The notes beneath the pieces were generated by a model, which saw nothing but the letters and a program-made list of their open reading frames with translations, was not told the DNA's origin and searched no databases. Shown one piece after another: positions 10,605-20,493 of a stretch of 64,000 nucleotides of DNA. Positions within the stretch are counted from its first letter, which is position 1. Each line of letters starts with the position of its first letter. Origin of the DNA: Candidatus Aenigmatarchaeota archaeon (GTDB lineage: Archaea; Aenigmatarchaeota; Aenigmatarchaeia; QMZP01; QMZT01); contig CAVSBQ010000002.1 of NCBI GenBank assembly GCA_963726265.1, forward strand, positions 896,001-960,000, given 5' to 3'. A program made the translations under genes and the position numbers.

Positions 10605-10760
10605 TTACTTGGATGACAGTCTCTTGCTCTTCACGACTACCCACAGCTTCTTCGTCATTTCGCTGGGAGTTATCCTGCTCTTGCCGAAAACGTCTTCAAG
10701 AGTTTCTCTCCTGCCGGCAAAGCAGATCGTGTAACCACCAAAAGCAACTTTCTTAGCCAT
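10605..10760 (-). CDS. small SWIB/MDM2-like protein (51 aa)
   Basis: Manual translation MAKKVAFGGYTICFAGRRETLEDVFGKSRITPSEMTKKLWVVVKSKRLSSK; GGGGTG SD upstream, T-rich tract downstream. Confidence 0.7.
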   Translation of the reverse strand: MAKKVAFGGYTICFAGRRETLEDVFGKSRITPSEMTKKLWVVVKSKRLSSK

Positions 10761-10935
10761 AGTTTACACCCCTTAGAATTTTATAATATTGATTGCATTT
10801 TCTGCCTTATATACGTTAGCGACGCAGACGGCCCGTCCTACGAGGGAAGCCGCCGAAAGCTTTATATACATCTGAACCAATAAATAAGTAAAATTAACTA
10901 TTATTTAGTAACAAATGATAGGAGGGTTGGATATC

Positions 10936-11313
10936 ATGAAAATATTCAAGACAAAGTTTCCCAAGATTCCAACGGAAATGGGTACATATTTAGCTTTGGC
11001 TGCGCTTGGCGCTTCAGCAGCTGGTCTTTTATCATATACTGATTATAATCGGAAATTGGATAATCAGCTGAAATATCAACGTGCAGCTGTTGTGGAGACG
11101 CCATACAGTCCAAACATAGGATGGGATAATTTTGTGCATGAAGGCGGTGGCACAACAGATGACTGGTTTTTGTTCAATAAGAAATTACAAGAAATCAACG
11201 GCGGAGACCTGACATCATTCAGGCTCGGCGACAAAATTCTCCTGCTGGATTTGGCGAACCCGAAAACAGGAGAGCCCGACGGAAAGGTTTTGCCGGAGAA
11301 CTACTCGAAATAA
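10936..11313 (+). CDS. hypothetical membrane-anchored protein (weak LysM-like C-terminus)
   Basis: GGAGG SD at 10921, TM segment, LQEING...RLGDKILL pattern; AT-rich. Confidence 0.6.
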   Translation: MKIFKTKFPKIPTEMGTYLALAALGASAAGLLSYTDYNRKLDNQLKYQRAAVVETPYSPNIGWDNFVHEGGGTTDDWFLFNKKLQEINGGDLTSFRLGDKILLLDLANPKTGEPDGKVLPENYSK

Positions 11314-11329
11314 AGGAGTGTGATGACCA

Positions 11330-11545
11330 ATGAAAAGCCTTTATCATGCAGTTATTATGCTACAACGTACTCCTGATGGCGATGTATACAAGGGTATGTT
11401 CGGCAACCCAAAAAATTTCACTTCAGGAACCTGCGTGGATGTGTTGGAAGGCACCGACAAGCATGCCTTGATGAGAAAAGTAAACACGAGAGGCAGGATA
11501 TTGGCGCAGTCTTTAAAAACAGATTACAGGCCCATTCACTGCTAG
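11330..11545 (+). CDS. small hypothetical protein
   Basis: 71-aa ORF with AGGAG SD, co-oriented with previous gene. Confidence 0.55.
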   Translation: MKSLYHAVIMLQRTPDGDVYKGMFGNPKNFTSGTCVDVLEGTDKHALMRKVNTRGRILAQSLKTDYRPIHC

Positions 11546-11550
11546 CCTTT

Positions 11551-12303
11551 TTATTTTTCCATCTCGAAGGTGGCTTCTCCGTGCTTGGAGAACTCCCTCA
11601 CAATGTCCTCGCCCACTGAGCGAACCTTGCTTTCGACTTCCTTGTAATTCTTGCCCTCGCCCACCAGCATGTATCTGGGCGCGGAGACGTACTGGATTTC
11701 CAGGCCCTGCTTCTTCGCGGTGAGGAGGATTTTCTTTATCACACCCACGCCGTCGGGTTCGTTGGTCATGAGCCTCAGCTGGCCCTTCACCAGGAACGTC
11801 TTGTCGGCGAAGTTCTTCTGGGCGATTTCTATGATGGCCTTCGTCCATTTCTCGGGCAGGCCCTTCCTGGTGAGAAGGTCCGGCGTCCTGAAGGCCATCT
11901 CGAAAAGCTTCGTGAACGAGCCGAACTCCTCGATGATGTAGGGCCCGATTTCCTTCTTGGTCTGCTCGAGCGTCCTGTCGAGGCTCTTGCCGACCATTTC
12001 CAGCAGCTTTTCGCTTCGCTTCTCGCGCTTGAACTCGTTGAGCTTGCGCACCGTGTCCTCGCGGTGCACGCGCTTCAGGGAAAGCGAGATGCCCTCGGGC
12101 CTCGCGTCCAGCACGCGGCACACGATGTATTCGTTCTCCCTCACGAACTCGCGGATGTCGCGCACCCAGCGCGACGCGATTTCAGAAACGTGTATCATGC
12201 CCGTGGTGTCGTATTCAAGAATATAGACTATGGCGGAATGGGGGTTGATTCTCGTTACCCTGCATACGACCAGTTCGCCGTATTTGGGGAGCCTTTCATT
12301 CAT
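11551..12303 (-). CDS. eif2a: translation initiation factor 2 alpha subunit
   Basis: S1 domain (GELVV, GMIHVSEIA, SLSLKRV), YVSAPRY. Confidence 0.93.
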   Translation of the reverse strand: MNERLPKYGELVVCRVTRINPHSAIVYILEYDTTGMIHVSEIASRWVRDIREFVRENEYIVCRVLDARPEGISLSLKRVHREDTVRKLNEFKREKRSEKLLEMVGKSLDRTLEQTKKEIGPYIIEEFGSFTKLFEMAFRTPDLLTRKGLPEKWTKAIIEIAQKNFADKTFLVKGQLRLMTNEPDGVGVIKKILLTAKKQGLEIQYVSAPRYMLVGEGKNYKEVESKVRSVGEDIVREFSKHGEATFEMEK

Positions 12304-12304
12304 T

Positions 12305-12469
12305 TCAGACCTCTGTGGCGCCCTCGCCGGTCATGAAGGCCTTGCCGCCCGTGGGCCTGGCCAGGACCTCTCCGCACACGAGGCACTTGACTGCGCTGGC
12401 GGACTTCTCGAACATGACCTGCTCGTTCTTGCACTTGCTGCACTTCACTCGCAGGAACTTTGAAACCAT
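12305..12469 (-). CDS. rps27e: 30S ribosomal protein S27e
   Basis: Manual translation MVSKFLRVKCSKCKNEQVMF...KCLVCGEVLARPTGGKA; below ORF-track cutoff. Confidence 0.93.
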   Translation of the reverse strand: MVSKFLRVKCSKCKNEQVMFEKSASAVKCLVCGEVLARPTGGKAFMTGEGATEV

Positions 12470-12501
12470 ACCCATTCTCCTTATCCGTTTTCAGATAACC
12501 A

Positions 12502-12882
12502 TCATTTGCCGGGATGTTCGGTCTTGTGCTCGGCCTTCGCTTCCTTCTTGGCTTCCGGTGCCGCCTTCGACTCCTCGGCTTTCGCATCGGCATTGCCTTT
12601 CGCCTTCTCCGACCGTTTCCGGATGATGTCCATCCTCATCTTAGGCAAGGCTTCCTTCTTGTCGTATACATGCGCCGTGACCAGCGACTCGCCCTTGCCT
12701 TTCTCCGTGAATATCTTGCGTATCAGTATGCGCTCCGCGTCCGCCTTAAGCACGCTTTCCAGGGACGGCATTATCTGGCCGCGGGTGGGCGTGGGTTTGC
12801 CGTGATGCTCGAATACCGCCTTTATTTCGTCCCTTTCCATGAAGGGATTCTTTTTGTGCTCCAAAATCTTCAATGACATCAT
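12502..12882 (-). CDS. rps24e: 30S ribosomal protein S24e
   Basis: NPFMERDEI, HHGKPTPTR; position after spt4. Confidence 0.85.
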   Translation of the reverse strand: MMSLKILEHKKNPFMERDEIKAVFEHHGKPTPTRGQIMPSLESVLKADAERILIRKIFTEKGKGESLVTAHVYDKKEALPKMRMDIIRKRSEKAKGNADAKAEESKAAPEAKKEAKAEHKTEHPGK

Positions 12883-13070
12883 TTCACCCACAAGGCGTAT
12901 TTGCCCGGCGCAGTTATGCCGAGCAGCTTCGCCAGCTCCGATTCGTTAGGATCGTTGACTATTATGACGCCCTTCCACGTCTTCGTGAAATCCTTCGTCC
13001 CGCATGCGGGGCACTTCTCGTCAAGCACGAAGCGCTTGCACGTCTTGCATACTTTTTCCTTGTCAGCCAT
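12879..13070 (-). CDS. spt4: transcription elongation factor Spt4 (RpoE'')
   Basis: CKTC...CPACG, WKG, PGKYAL. Confidence 0.93.
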   Translation of the reverse strand: MADKEKVCKTCKRFVLDEKCPACGTKDFTKTWKGVIIVNDPNESELAKLLGITAPGKYALWVK

Positions 13071-13081
13071 AAGCATCAGCC

Positions 13082-13687
13082 TTATTTCTTCTTCTCTCTC
13101 CTTTCAACCTTCTCGGGCTTCTTCTCTTCCTTCCTGGCGACGGTTTCCTCGGCCTTCTCATCCTTGATGTACCAGTCGAGCGCCCCCAGGCCGGGCTGCC
13201 TAGTCGTCAGGCCGATCTTGAACTGGTTCTCGGCCATCGATATAGAGATTATCCTGGCAAGGACGACGGACTTGTCCTTTACCCTTCTCTTAGTCTTCTT
13301 GCCTGTGAACATCATGTTTTTCTGGTCATACGAGACGAAGTCGTCCATGAGCTGCGAGACGTGGATCATCCCGTCCACGGGGCCGAATCTCACGAATACC
13401 CCGAATTCCGTCACGTCTATGACCTCGCCTTTCACTATCTCGTGCTGCTCGGGCATGTATGTCAGGACCCTGAAATCCACCGGGTAGTAGAGCGCTCCGT
13501 CGCCTGGCATGATCATGCCTTCGCCTATATTCTCCACTGACATCACGGACAGTATCACGCCGAGGTTCTTGTCTATCGAGCCCTCCAGCTTCTCCTCGAG
13601 GCTCACCTTGACTGCCTCGTTGAGCTTGAGCCCGAACTTGTCTGGAGCGACGCGTACCTTGTCGCTCACGTCGAATACCTTGTACAT
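13082..13687 (-). CDS. rpoE1: RNA polymerase subunit Rpo7 (E')
   Basis: GDGA, FGVFVRFGPVDGMIHVSQ, RQPGLG. Confidence 0.95.
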   Translation of the reverse strand: MYKVFDVSDKVRVAPDKFGLKLNEAVKVSLEEKLEGSIDKNLGVILSVMSVENIGEGMIMPGDGALYYPVDFRVLTYMPEQHEIVKGEVIDVTEFGVFVRFGPVDGMIHVSQLMDDFVSYDQKNMMFTGKKTKRRVKDKSVVLARIISISMAENQFKIGLTTRQPGLGALDWYIKDEKAEETVARKEEKKPEKVERREKKK

Positions 13688-13762
13688 GTCATCACTCCTA
13701 GATTATAGGTTATAACTATACCTGTCAGGTTATATTTATAAGATTTCATGAATTTATAAACT

Positions 13763-14227
13763 TCATTCCAGTTCTTCCAGCACGCATATGTTCGGTTTCA
13801 GGGTGGCTACGTCGCTCCTGCAGAGCAGCTTTTTCATGCCGGTGGCGTCGCTTATGTTGCTCAGGTCTATCTGCGTGCCCTGGAGGTCGATCATCCAGTC
13901 GGACGTCTCGTTCTCCGAAACGCCGTAAGACAGCATGACGTACGATCTGTCCGTGTTTATGCCCTTGACGAAGTCCTGGTACATGGTTTCCCTGGCGGTG
14001 CAGTTGTCGCAGGCCTCGTTGTGGAAGTATTCGATGATGGCGTTGCCGCCGCTCAGGACGCTCCTCATCTCGTTCAGCGTGAGCTTGCGGTTCACGACGG
14101 TTGGCACCTGCACCTGCGTCGTCGTGCCGGCAGGCTGCGTGCGGAGCAGCGCCACTTCCGCGACGCTGGCCAGCATGACGACTCCTATGAATATCGCCAC
14201 AAGCCTCTTTTTCGTAAGGTTGTCCAT
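13763..14227 (-). CDS. membrane-anchored hypothetical protein with CxxC (thioredoxin-like?)
   Basis: N-terminal TM helix, ACDNC. Confidence 0.65.
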   Translation of the reverse strand: MDNLTKKRLVAIFIGVVMLASVAEVALLRTQPAGTTTQVQVPTVVNRKLTLNEMRSVLSGGNAIIEYFHNEACDNCTARETMYQDFVKGINTDRSYVMLSYGVSENETSDWMIDLQGTQIDLSNISDATGMKKLLCRSDVATLKPNICVLEELE

Positions 14228-14273
14228 GCAATCGCCGGATAATTCGAATAATCAAATATGTGATTAAGACGCT

Positions 14274-14891
14274 TTATAACCCTTTCAGCCTCTTCATGCG
14301 GAAGATGTTCTCCCTTTCCATCTCCTCGAGGCGCATGTTGATGAAGGCGGCCTGATCCTTCAGCCGCGGGATGACCACGAACTCGAGCGCGTTGACCCTG
14401 CGCTTCGTCGATTCTATCTCTTTCAGCAGCTTCCTCATGGTGGTCTCGATTTCGGCTGCGCTTATTATGCTCTCGAGCAGCTCCTCGTAAGAATTGACCA
14501 TCTCGTCTATGCGCATGCTGGTCGAAAGCATGCCGTAGCCGCGCTGGACCAGGTTCTTCCTCATGGCGCCGGCCTTTATCACGGGGACGGTCACGCCCAT
14601 TATGTTCTTGACCTCCAGGTCTATCGCCGGCCTTTCGCGGAGTGCGAGCGCGACCGACTTCACGTGGACTATGCCGTCCAGGGCCGCGCTTTCCAGCATC
14701 TTGCCGTGGGCGGCGAGGAACTTGACGTTAAGCTCCCTGCGCAGGTTCCTCGCGTTCTTGAGGACCTCGAAGAACTCCATTATCAGGCCGTCGCGTTTCT
14801 TCTTGAGCAGCTTGTGGCCTGACGCCGCAAGCTTGATTTTTTTCTTCAGGTTGATGAGCTCGGACCTCGTCGCCTTGACTTCAGTTGCCAT
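14274..14891 (-). CDS. atpD: A-type ATP synthase subunit D
   Basis: GHKLLKKKRD, TKRRVNALE. Confidence 0.96.
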   Translation of the reverse strand: MATEVKATRSELINLKKKIKLAASGHKLLKKKRDGLIMEFFEVLKNARNLRRELNVKFLAAHGKMLESAALDGIVHVKSVALALRERPAIDLEVKNIMGVTVPVIKAGAMRKNLVQRGYGMLSTSMRIDEMVNSYEELLESIISAAEIETTMRKLLKEIESTKRRVNALEFVVIPRLKDQAAFINMRLEEMERENIFRMKRLKGL

Positions 14892-14949
14892 TTTCAGACC
14901 TCATTTTATTTCCTTCGCTACGCCGTTCAGTTTTTGTGCAAACATTTTC

Positions 14950-16362
14950 TTACTTTTTGGCTTTCTCCGCCTTCTCGCTTTTATCTTCACTCTTGTCGCT
15001 GTAGAACCTCTTCTTGAAGTCCTCGCTTATCCTCGTCAGCTCGTCCCTCGGTATGGCCGAAAGCAGGTTCCATGAGATGCCAAGCGTCTTCTCTATTTCC
15101 CTGTTTTCCTTTATGCCCTGGCGAACGAACGTCTTCTCGAACTCCTCCGCGAACTTGAGAAGGCGTCGGTCACGTGGCGAAAGCGCCTCCTCGCCGACTA
15201 TGGCGACCAGCCCTCGAAGGTCGCGGCCTTCGGCGTAGCCTGCGTAAAGCTGGTCGGAGACCTGGCGGTGGTCTTCCCTGGTTTTCCCCTTGCCTATGCC
15301 CTGGTTCATGAGGCGAGAAAGGGAGGGAAGCACGTCGACTGGCGGGTAGATGCCTTTCATGTGCAGTTCCCTGCTAAGCACGACCTGCCCTTCAGTAATA
15401 TAGCCCGTGAGGTCGGGGATGGGATGGGTGATGTCGTCTCCTATCATGGTCAGGATGGGGAACTGGGTTATGCTGCCCTTCCTGCCCTTTATCATGCCCG
15501 CACGCTCGTAGATGTTGGCGAGGTCGGTATACATGTATCCCGGGTAGCCGCGGCGGCCTGGGATTTCCTCTCTCGCAGAGCCTATCTCGCGCAGCGACTC
15601 ACAGTAGTTGGTCATGTCCGTGAGAATCACGAGCACGTGCATGTTCTTCTGATAGGCCAGAAACTCGGCGGTCGTAAGCGCGAGCTTCGGCGTGATTAAG
15701 CGCTCGACGGCCGGATCGTCCGCAAGGTTGAGGAACACGACCGCACGTTCTATCGCTCCCGTCTCCTCGAAGTTGCGGATGAACTTCTGCGCTTCCTCGT
15801 TCGTGATGCCCATCGCGGCGAACACGACGGCGAAAGATTCCTTTTCGCCAAGGACTTTGGCCTGCCTCGCTATCTGCAGCGCGATGTCGTTGTGCGGAAG
15901 GCCGCTTCCTGAGAATATCGGCAGCTTCTGGCCGCGGACGAGCGTGTTCATGCCATCTATCGTCGAAATCCCGGTCTGTATGAAATCCTGCGGCGGCCCG
16001 CGGGCATACGGATTTATCGCCGCGCCCGTTATGTCCAGGTCGTCCTCGGGGATGATTTCTGGCCCGCCGTCAATCGGCTCGCTCCTGCCGTTGAATATCC
16101 TTCCCATCATGTCATCCGAAACTTTAAGCCGCATGACGTCTCCGAGGAAGCGGACGCTGGCCTTCTTGCTTATGCCGCTCGTCCCCTCGAAGCTCTGGAT
16201 GACGACGATGTCCCTCGCCGTGTCCAGCACCTGGCCTAAACGCTTTTCCCCGTTGGACAGCGTGACCTTGACCAGCTCTCCGTAGCCGACGGGATGGGTC
16301 TTTTCAACGAATATCAAAGGGCCTGCAATCCTGTTTATCGTCTTGTAATCTTTCATTCTCAT
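14950..16362 (-). CDS. atpB: A-type ATP synthase subunit B
   Basis: [37 protein letters not shown]. Confidence 0.97.
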   Translation of the reverse strand: MRMKDYKTINRIAGPLIFVEKTHPVGYGELVKVTLSNGEKRLGQVLDTARDIVVIQSFEGTSGISKKASVRFLGDVMRLKVSDDMMGRIFNGRSEPIDGGPEIIPEDDLDITGAAINPYARGPPQDFIQTGISTIDGMNTLVRGQKLPIFSGSGLPHNDIALQIARQAKVLGEKESFAVVFAAMGITNEEAQKFIRNFEETGAIERAVVFLNLADDPAVERLITPKLALTTAEFLAYQKNMHVLVILTDMTNYCESLREIGSAREEIPGRRGYPGYMYTDLANIYERAGMIKGRKGSITQFPILTMIGDDITHPIPDLTGYITEGQVVLSRELHMKGIYPPVDVLPSLSRLMNQGIGKGKTREDHRQVSDQLYAGYAEGRDLRGLVAIVGEEALSPRDRRLLKFAEEFEKTFVRQGIKENREIEKTLGISWNLLSAIPRDELTRISEDFKKRFYSDKSEDKSEKAEKAKK

Positions 16363-16383
16363 ATTGAGCACCTCCAGCAATAA

Positions 16384-18147
16384 TCACTTAATCTCCCTGA
16401 TTAAACATTCTATCTCCTTGTCCATGGCCTGCACGGCCTCGTTAAGGATCTTTTCGTGGTCCTTCTCGAACTTCGCGTCCGCAATCCTGTTCTTCGCCTT
16501 GGTTTCGAGAAGGTTCCTTACCAGCACGCCCGCCTTCAGCGCGTATCTGGCCTTCTCGGAGAAGTGCAGGATGGTCTTCATCATCTTGTAGCTCTTCTTC
16601 AGGTCGCAGAACGTGTCCACCTCGTGGTAGGCGCTCTGCTGCAGGAACAGCTCTCGTATCATCCTCGCGATCTCGAGCGTGAGCTGCTCGCTTTCGGGCA
16701 GCGCGTCCGAGCCGACCAGCTGCACGATTTCCTGCAGCTTCTCCTCCTCCTGCAGGATTCTCTTGAACTCGCCGACCATCTTCCTCCAGTCGGGCGCGAC
16801 GTTCTTCGCATACCACGGTTCGAGTATGTCCTCGTATAGCGAATAGGATGTCAGCCAGTTTATCGAAGGGAAATGCCTTCTGTGCGCGAGCTTCGCGTCC
16901 AGCGCCCAGAACGTCTTGACGACGCGGAGCGTCGATTGAGTAACGGGTTCTGAGAAGTCGCCTCCAGGCGGCGAGACAGCGCCGATGATGCTTATGGAGC
17001 CGATCTTGCTGACGCCGAGCGGCTTCACTCTTCCGGCGCGCTCGTAGAACTCCGCGAGCCTGGATGACAGGTAGGCGGGGTAGCCTTCCTCGCCCGGCAT
17101 TTCTTCCAGACGAGACGAGATTTCTCTCATCGCCTCCGCCCAGCGCGACGTGGAGTCGGCCATGAGCGCGACGTCGTAGCCCATGTCCCTGTAGTATTCG
17201 GCGATGGTGATGCCCGTATAAATCGACGCCTCCCTGGCCGCGACGGGCATGTTCGACGTGTTCGCGATAAGGACGGTTCTCTCCATGAGAGGCTTCCCGG
17301 TTTTCGGGTCTATCAGCTTCGGGAAATCCTTGAGGACCTCGGTCATTTCATTCCCTCGCTCGCCACAGCCGACGTAGACTACGATGTCCGCGTCAGACCA
17401 TTTCGCGAGCTGCTGCTGAATCACGGTCTTTCCCGACCCGAACGGACCTGGAATACCGCCTGCCCCGCCTTTCGCCAGCGGGAACAGGCCGTCGAGAATC
17501 CTCTGGCCCGTGATGAGCGGGATTTCGGGGGTGAGCTTCTCCTTGCACGGCCTCGATTTTCTTATGGGCCATATCTGCATCATGCTGAGCTTCTTGCCGT
17601 TCGTGAGGACGGCGACGGTATCTTCGACCGTGAACTCGCCTTCCCTTATCTCCTTTATCTTGCCCGAGACCCCGGGAGGGACGAGGATCCTGTGGTCGAT
17701 GACGCCGGTCTCTTTCACCGTGCCTATTGTCTGGCCTTCCTTGACGTCGTCGCCTTTCTTCACGTTCGGCTTGAACTTCCATTTCTTCTTCATGTCCAGC
17801 CCAGGCGTTTTAGCGCCTCGTCGGATGAAGTCGCCCATCATGTCCTTGAGGACCGGCAGCGGACGCTGTATGCCGTCGTAAATGCTCGTGAGCAGGCCAG
17901 GCCCGAGCATCGCGACGAGCGGCTGCTCCGTGTTCTCCACGGGCTCGCCCGGCCTGAGGCCGGAGGTGTCCTCGTAAACCTGGATGGTTATCTTGTCCGG
18001 GTTCACCTGGATGACCTCGCCCATGAGGCGCTCGTTCCCCACGCGCATCAAATCATACATCCTTGCTTCTATGTCTTCCGCAACTACAACGGGTCCGGCG
18101 ACCCTGTATATCTTTCCCTTCGCTTCTGATTTTTTCTTTTCCATCAT
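16384..18147 (-). CDS. atpA: A-type ATP synthase subunit A (no intein)
   Basis: [23 protein letters not shown]. Confidence 0.97.
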   Translation of the reverse strand: MMEKKKSEAKGKIYRVAGPVVVAEDIEARMYDLMRVGNERLMGEVIQVNPDKITIQVYEDTSGLRPGEPVENTEQPLVAMLGPGLLTSIYDGIQRPLPVLKDMMGDFIRRGAKTPGLDMKKKWKFKPNVKKGDDVKEGQTIGTVKETGVIDHRILVPPGVSGKIKEIREGEFTVEDTVAVLTNGKKLSMMQIWPIRKSRPCKEKLTPEIPLITGQRILDGLFPLAKGGAGGIPGPFGSGKTVIQQQLAKWSDADIVVYVGCGERGNEMTEVLKDFPKLIDPKTGKPLMERTVLIANTSNMPVAAREASIYTGITIAEYYRDMGYDVALMADSTSRWAEAMREISSRLEEMPGEEGYPAYLSSRLAEFYERAGRVKPLGVSKIGSISIIGAVSPPGGDFSEPVTQSTLRVVKTFWALDAKLAHRRHFPSINWLTSYSLYEDILEPWYAKNVAPDWRKMVGEFKRILQEEEKLQEIVQLVGSDALPESEQLTLEIARMIRELFLQQSAYHEVDTFCDLKKSYKMMKTILHFSEKARYALKAGVLVRNLLETKAKNRIADAKFEKDHEKILNEAVQAMDKEIECLIREIK

Positions 18148-18154
18148 ACATCAC

Positions 18155-18465
18155 CTACATTTTTTTCTCCCAAAGATCTATTCCCAGAGATCTTTTGATC
18201 ATGAGCCTCATGTTTTCCTCGGCCGAGATGTCGTGCGACAGGATGACGACGGTCGGCTTGACCTGGACTAAAGCGCGTTCTTTCATGCGCTCGTTCAGCA
18301 TCTGGAAGTTCTCGCTGTTCATTATCAGGATGCCGATGTCCTTGCTTTCCATGACCTCCTCGAACTTCCTGTTCACCGTTTCCTTCGTAACTTCGAAAGC
18401 GTGCCGCACCCCGGCTGCCTGGAAACCCAGGGTGAAATGCTCGCTTCCCATCACGGCTATTTCAT
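18155..18465 (-). CDS. atpF: A-type ATP synthase subunit F (likely 1-nt deletion after start)
   Basis: FTLGFQAAGV, IKRSLGIDLW; ATGAAATAGCCGTG restores MKIAVMG with one extra A. Confidence 0.9.
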
Positions 18466-19640
18466 GCGTTCTTCATCACCTTGAACATTGAATCATTAAC
18501 CACTATCAGGTTCGAGTCCACGAACTTCTCGTCCAGCCCGACGGCCTTCGCGTGGACCAGCAGCCTTATGTTCTTGGTCTCTATCTCCTTCCACAGGAGA
18601 TAGCCGAATATCGGCGAAACCGAAAGCGGCTTCCTGTGCAGCATCTTGGACGCGTAGTTGAGCAGGAACTTCTCTATCGAGGCCTCGAGCCTCGAAGGCG
18701 CCTGCTCGACCTCCGGCGTGACGAGCCCCTTGTACTGGCTCTTCCTGAGCCTCTCGAAAATCGCCTGCATGCCGTCCGCCCTTATGATGGCCTCGACCAG
18801 GCTGTCCCTGAACCGTCTCGCGGGCAGGCCACGCCTGACTCTGCCTATTTTCCTGGCGGCTTCCACCACTATCAGCTTCCTTATGGTCTCCTCGTCTATG
18901 TTTTCCTTTTTGAACCTGACGACGTTCTTTATGTTCATCAGGACGATGAGGTGCTCCAGGAACTGCTTCAGCGGGTCGCTTTGCCTCATCCTTACCCCCT
19001 GCCTGAGCTCCATCAGCCTCCTGTAGAACGTCACGTCAATCTCGTTCTCCAGCCCCGTCAGGTTGTCCGCGTCGTAGAGCTGCTTCAGCACGGCGGCGTC
19101 CACCCTCGTTATCGCGCTGATGTTCTCGATGAACTGCTCGGCGCCTTCCCTGAAAAGCCTGAGGCACGTCTCGTAGTCCGTCGGCTTTATCGGGACCACG
19201 CCGTATTTCAGGTCCTCCTCGCCCAGCTTGTTCATGCGCGTCCTCAGCACGAGCTTTACGTTGCCCAGTATCCATTTCAGCGAATAGAGCTCTATGATGA
19301 ATTTCAGCTCCTTCTTCAGCGAGATGTCCAGGAGCTTGTTTATCACGTTCGCAAGGCTCTCGTTCATGGCAAGCTCTATAAGCTCCGTCCCCTTGTACTG
19401 CTTCGAGAGCGCGTCTATCTCGCGCTTGTATTCGCTCTCCTCCAGGAAGCGGACCATCTCGTTCAGGCCCATCTTCCTCATGCGGAGGTAGTCCTCCTCT
19501 TTCAGCAGCTTGGACTTCATCACCCTTACCCTCGTGACGGTGTACGGGTAAGTCCTGAACCTTATTCTGCCTGCCTTTTTCTTCTGCCCTGCCCTGGCCC
19601 TGCCGATTCTTGCCCTTATATCCATCAAGCCACCGCTCAT
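18462..19640 (-). CDS. atpC: A-type ATP synthase subunit C
   Basis: YPYTVTRVRVMKSKLL, GYLLWKEIETKNIR; operon position. Confidence 0.9.
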   Translation of the reverse strand: MSGGLMDIRARIGRARAGQKKKAGRIRFRTYPYTVTRVRVMKSKLLKEEDYLRMRKMGLNEMVRFLEESEYKREIDALSKQYKGTELIELAMNESLANVINKLLDISLKKELKFIIELYSLKWILGNVKLVLRTRMNKLGEEDLKYGVVPIKPTDYETCLRLFREGAEQFIENISAITRVDAAVLKQLYDADNLTGLENEIDVTFYRRLMELRQGVRMRQSDPLKQFLEHLIVLMNIKNVVRFKKENIDEETIRKLIVVEAARKIGRVRRGLPARRFRDSLVEAIIRADGMQAIFERLRKSQYKGLVTPEVEQAPSRLEASIEKFLLNYASKMLHRKPLSVSPIFGYLLWKEIETKNIRLLVHAKAVGLDEKFVDSNLIVVNDSMFKVMKNA

Positions 19641-20200
19641 TCGCCGAACAGCGTTTTCGACACGCCCTTGAGCGTCCTACCCTTAAGCTGCTCTATGAGG
19701 GTTTCGAAGCTCAGGTCGATCAGCTCCCTGCCGTCCGCGCTTTCCACTATGAAGCCGCCGTCCATTTCCTTCGTCCGTATTTCGAGGCCGCGGAACAGCT
19801 TCTTCGCAAGCGTTACGTCTTCCTTGCGCACGTGGACGTATTTCGGCTTTGCTATCTGGCCCCTGGCCGAGTTCAGCATCTTCCTGAAAATCCTGCTTCT
19901 CTCATCCCCCTTCATGCCCTTCAGGTAGTCGAGAAACTCCAGATAGACCCTTTCCACCAGCTCCTTCTTGGCGTTCATGGCGAATTCCTTGGTCTGCCTT
20001 TTCACGATGGTCTGGCTCCTGAGTTCTATCTGGCGCAAAGCGAGCTCCATGTCCTGCCTCATCGCCTTTTCCTGTTCCTTAAGCCTCGCTCTTGCCTCGT
20101 CCATCAGTTTCTGGCCCTCGCCCTTGCCTTCGCTGATTATTTTCTGCGCTTCCCTGCGCGCATTTTCCCTTATCTCGAAAGATACCTTGTTCAGACCCAT
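19637..20200 (-). CDS. atpE: A-type ATP synthase subunit E
   Basis: MGL start, coiled coil, GGFIVESADG..IDLSFE. Confidence 0.88.
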   Translation of the reverse strand: MGLNKVSFEIRENARREAQKIISEGKGEGQKLMDEARARLKEQEKAMRQDMELALRQIELRSQTIVKRQTKEFAMNAKKELVERVYLEFLDYLKGMKGDERSRIFRKMLNSARGQIAKPKYVHVRKEDVTLAKKLFRGLEIRTKEMDGGFIVESADGRELIDLSFETLIEQLKGRTLKGVSKTLFGE

Positions 20201-20216
20201 GTTTTCCTCGCCTTAT

Positions 20217-20432
20217 TTACGCCATGCCTACTATCTGCAATGCGACGACCAGCCCGAAAATGATTATCGTTTCCGGAATGACCGTAAGGATAAGGCCCTT
20301 TGCGAAAAGGCTTTCCTTCTCCGCCATCGCCCCGATAGCCGACGTGCCCAGCTCCTTCTCTGCCCATGCCGTCGCAATAGCGCTCGCGCTTATTGTTATT
20401 GCCGCAGCGATTGCTGCCATGTCTCCTGCCAT
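20217..20432 (-). CDS. atpK: A-type ATP synthase subunit K (c, single hairpin)
   Basis: IPETIIIFGLVVA; GGAGGTG SD before ATG 20432. Confidence 0.93.
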   Translation of the reverse strand: MAGDMAAIAAAITISASAIATAWAEKELGTSAIGAMAEKESLFAKGLILTVIPETIIIFGLVVALQIVGMA

Positions 20433-20493
20433 ATTCACACCTCCGATTTCGAAGGACACAGGCTTCACCTGTGTCAACCACATCTATAACTAC

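Noticed and set aside
14892..14945. 14-codon ORF between atpB and atpD
   Set aside because: No SD or recognisable content; likely chance
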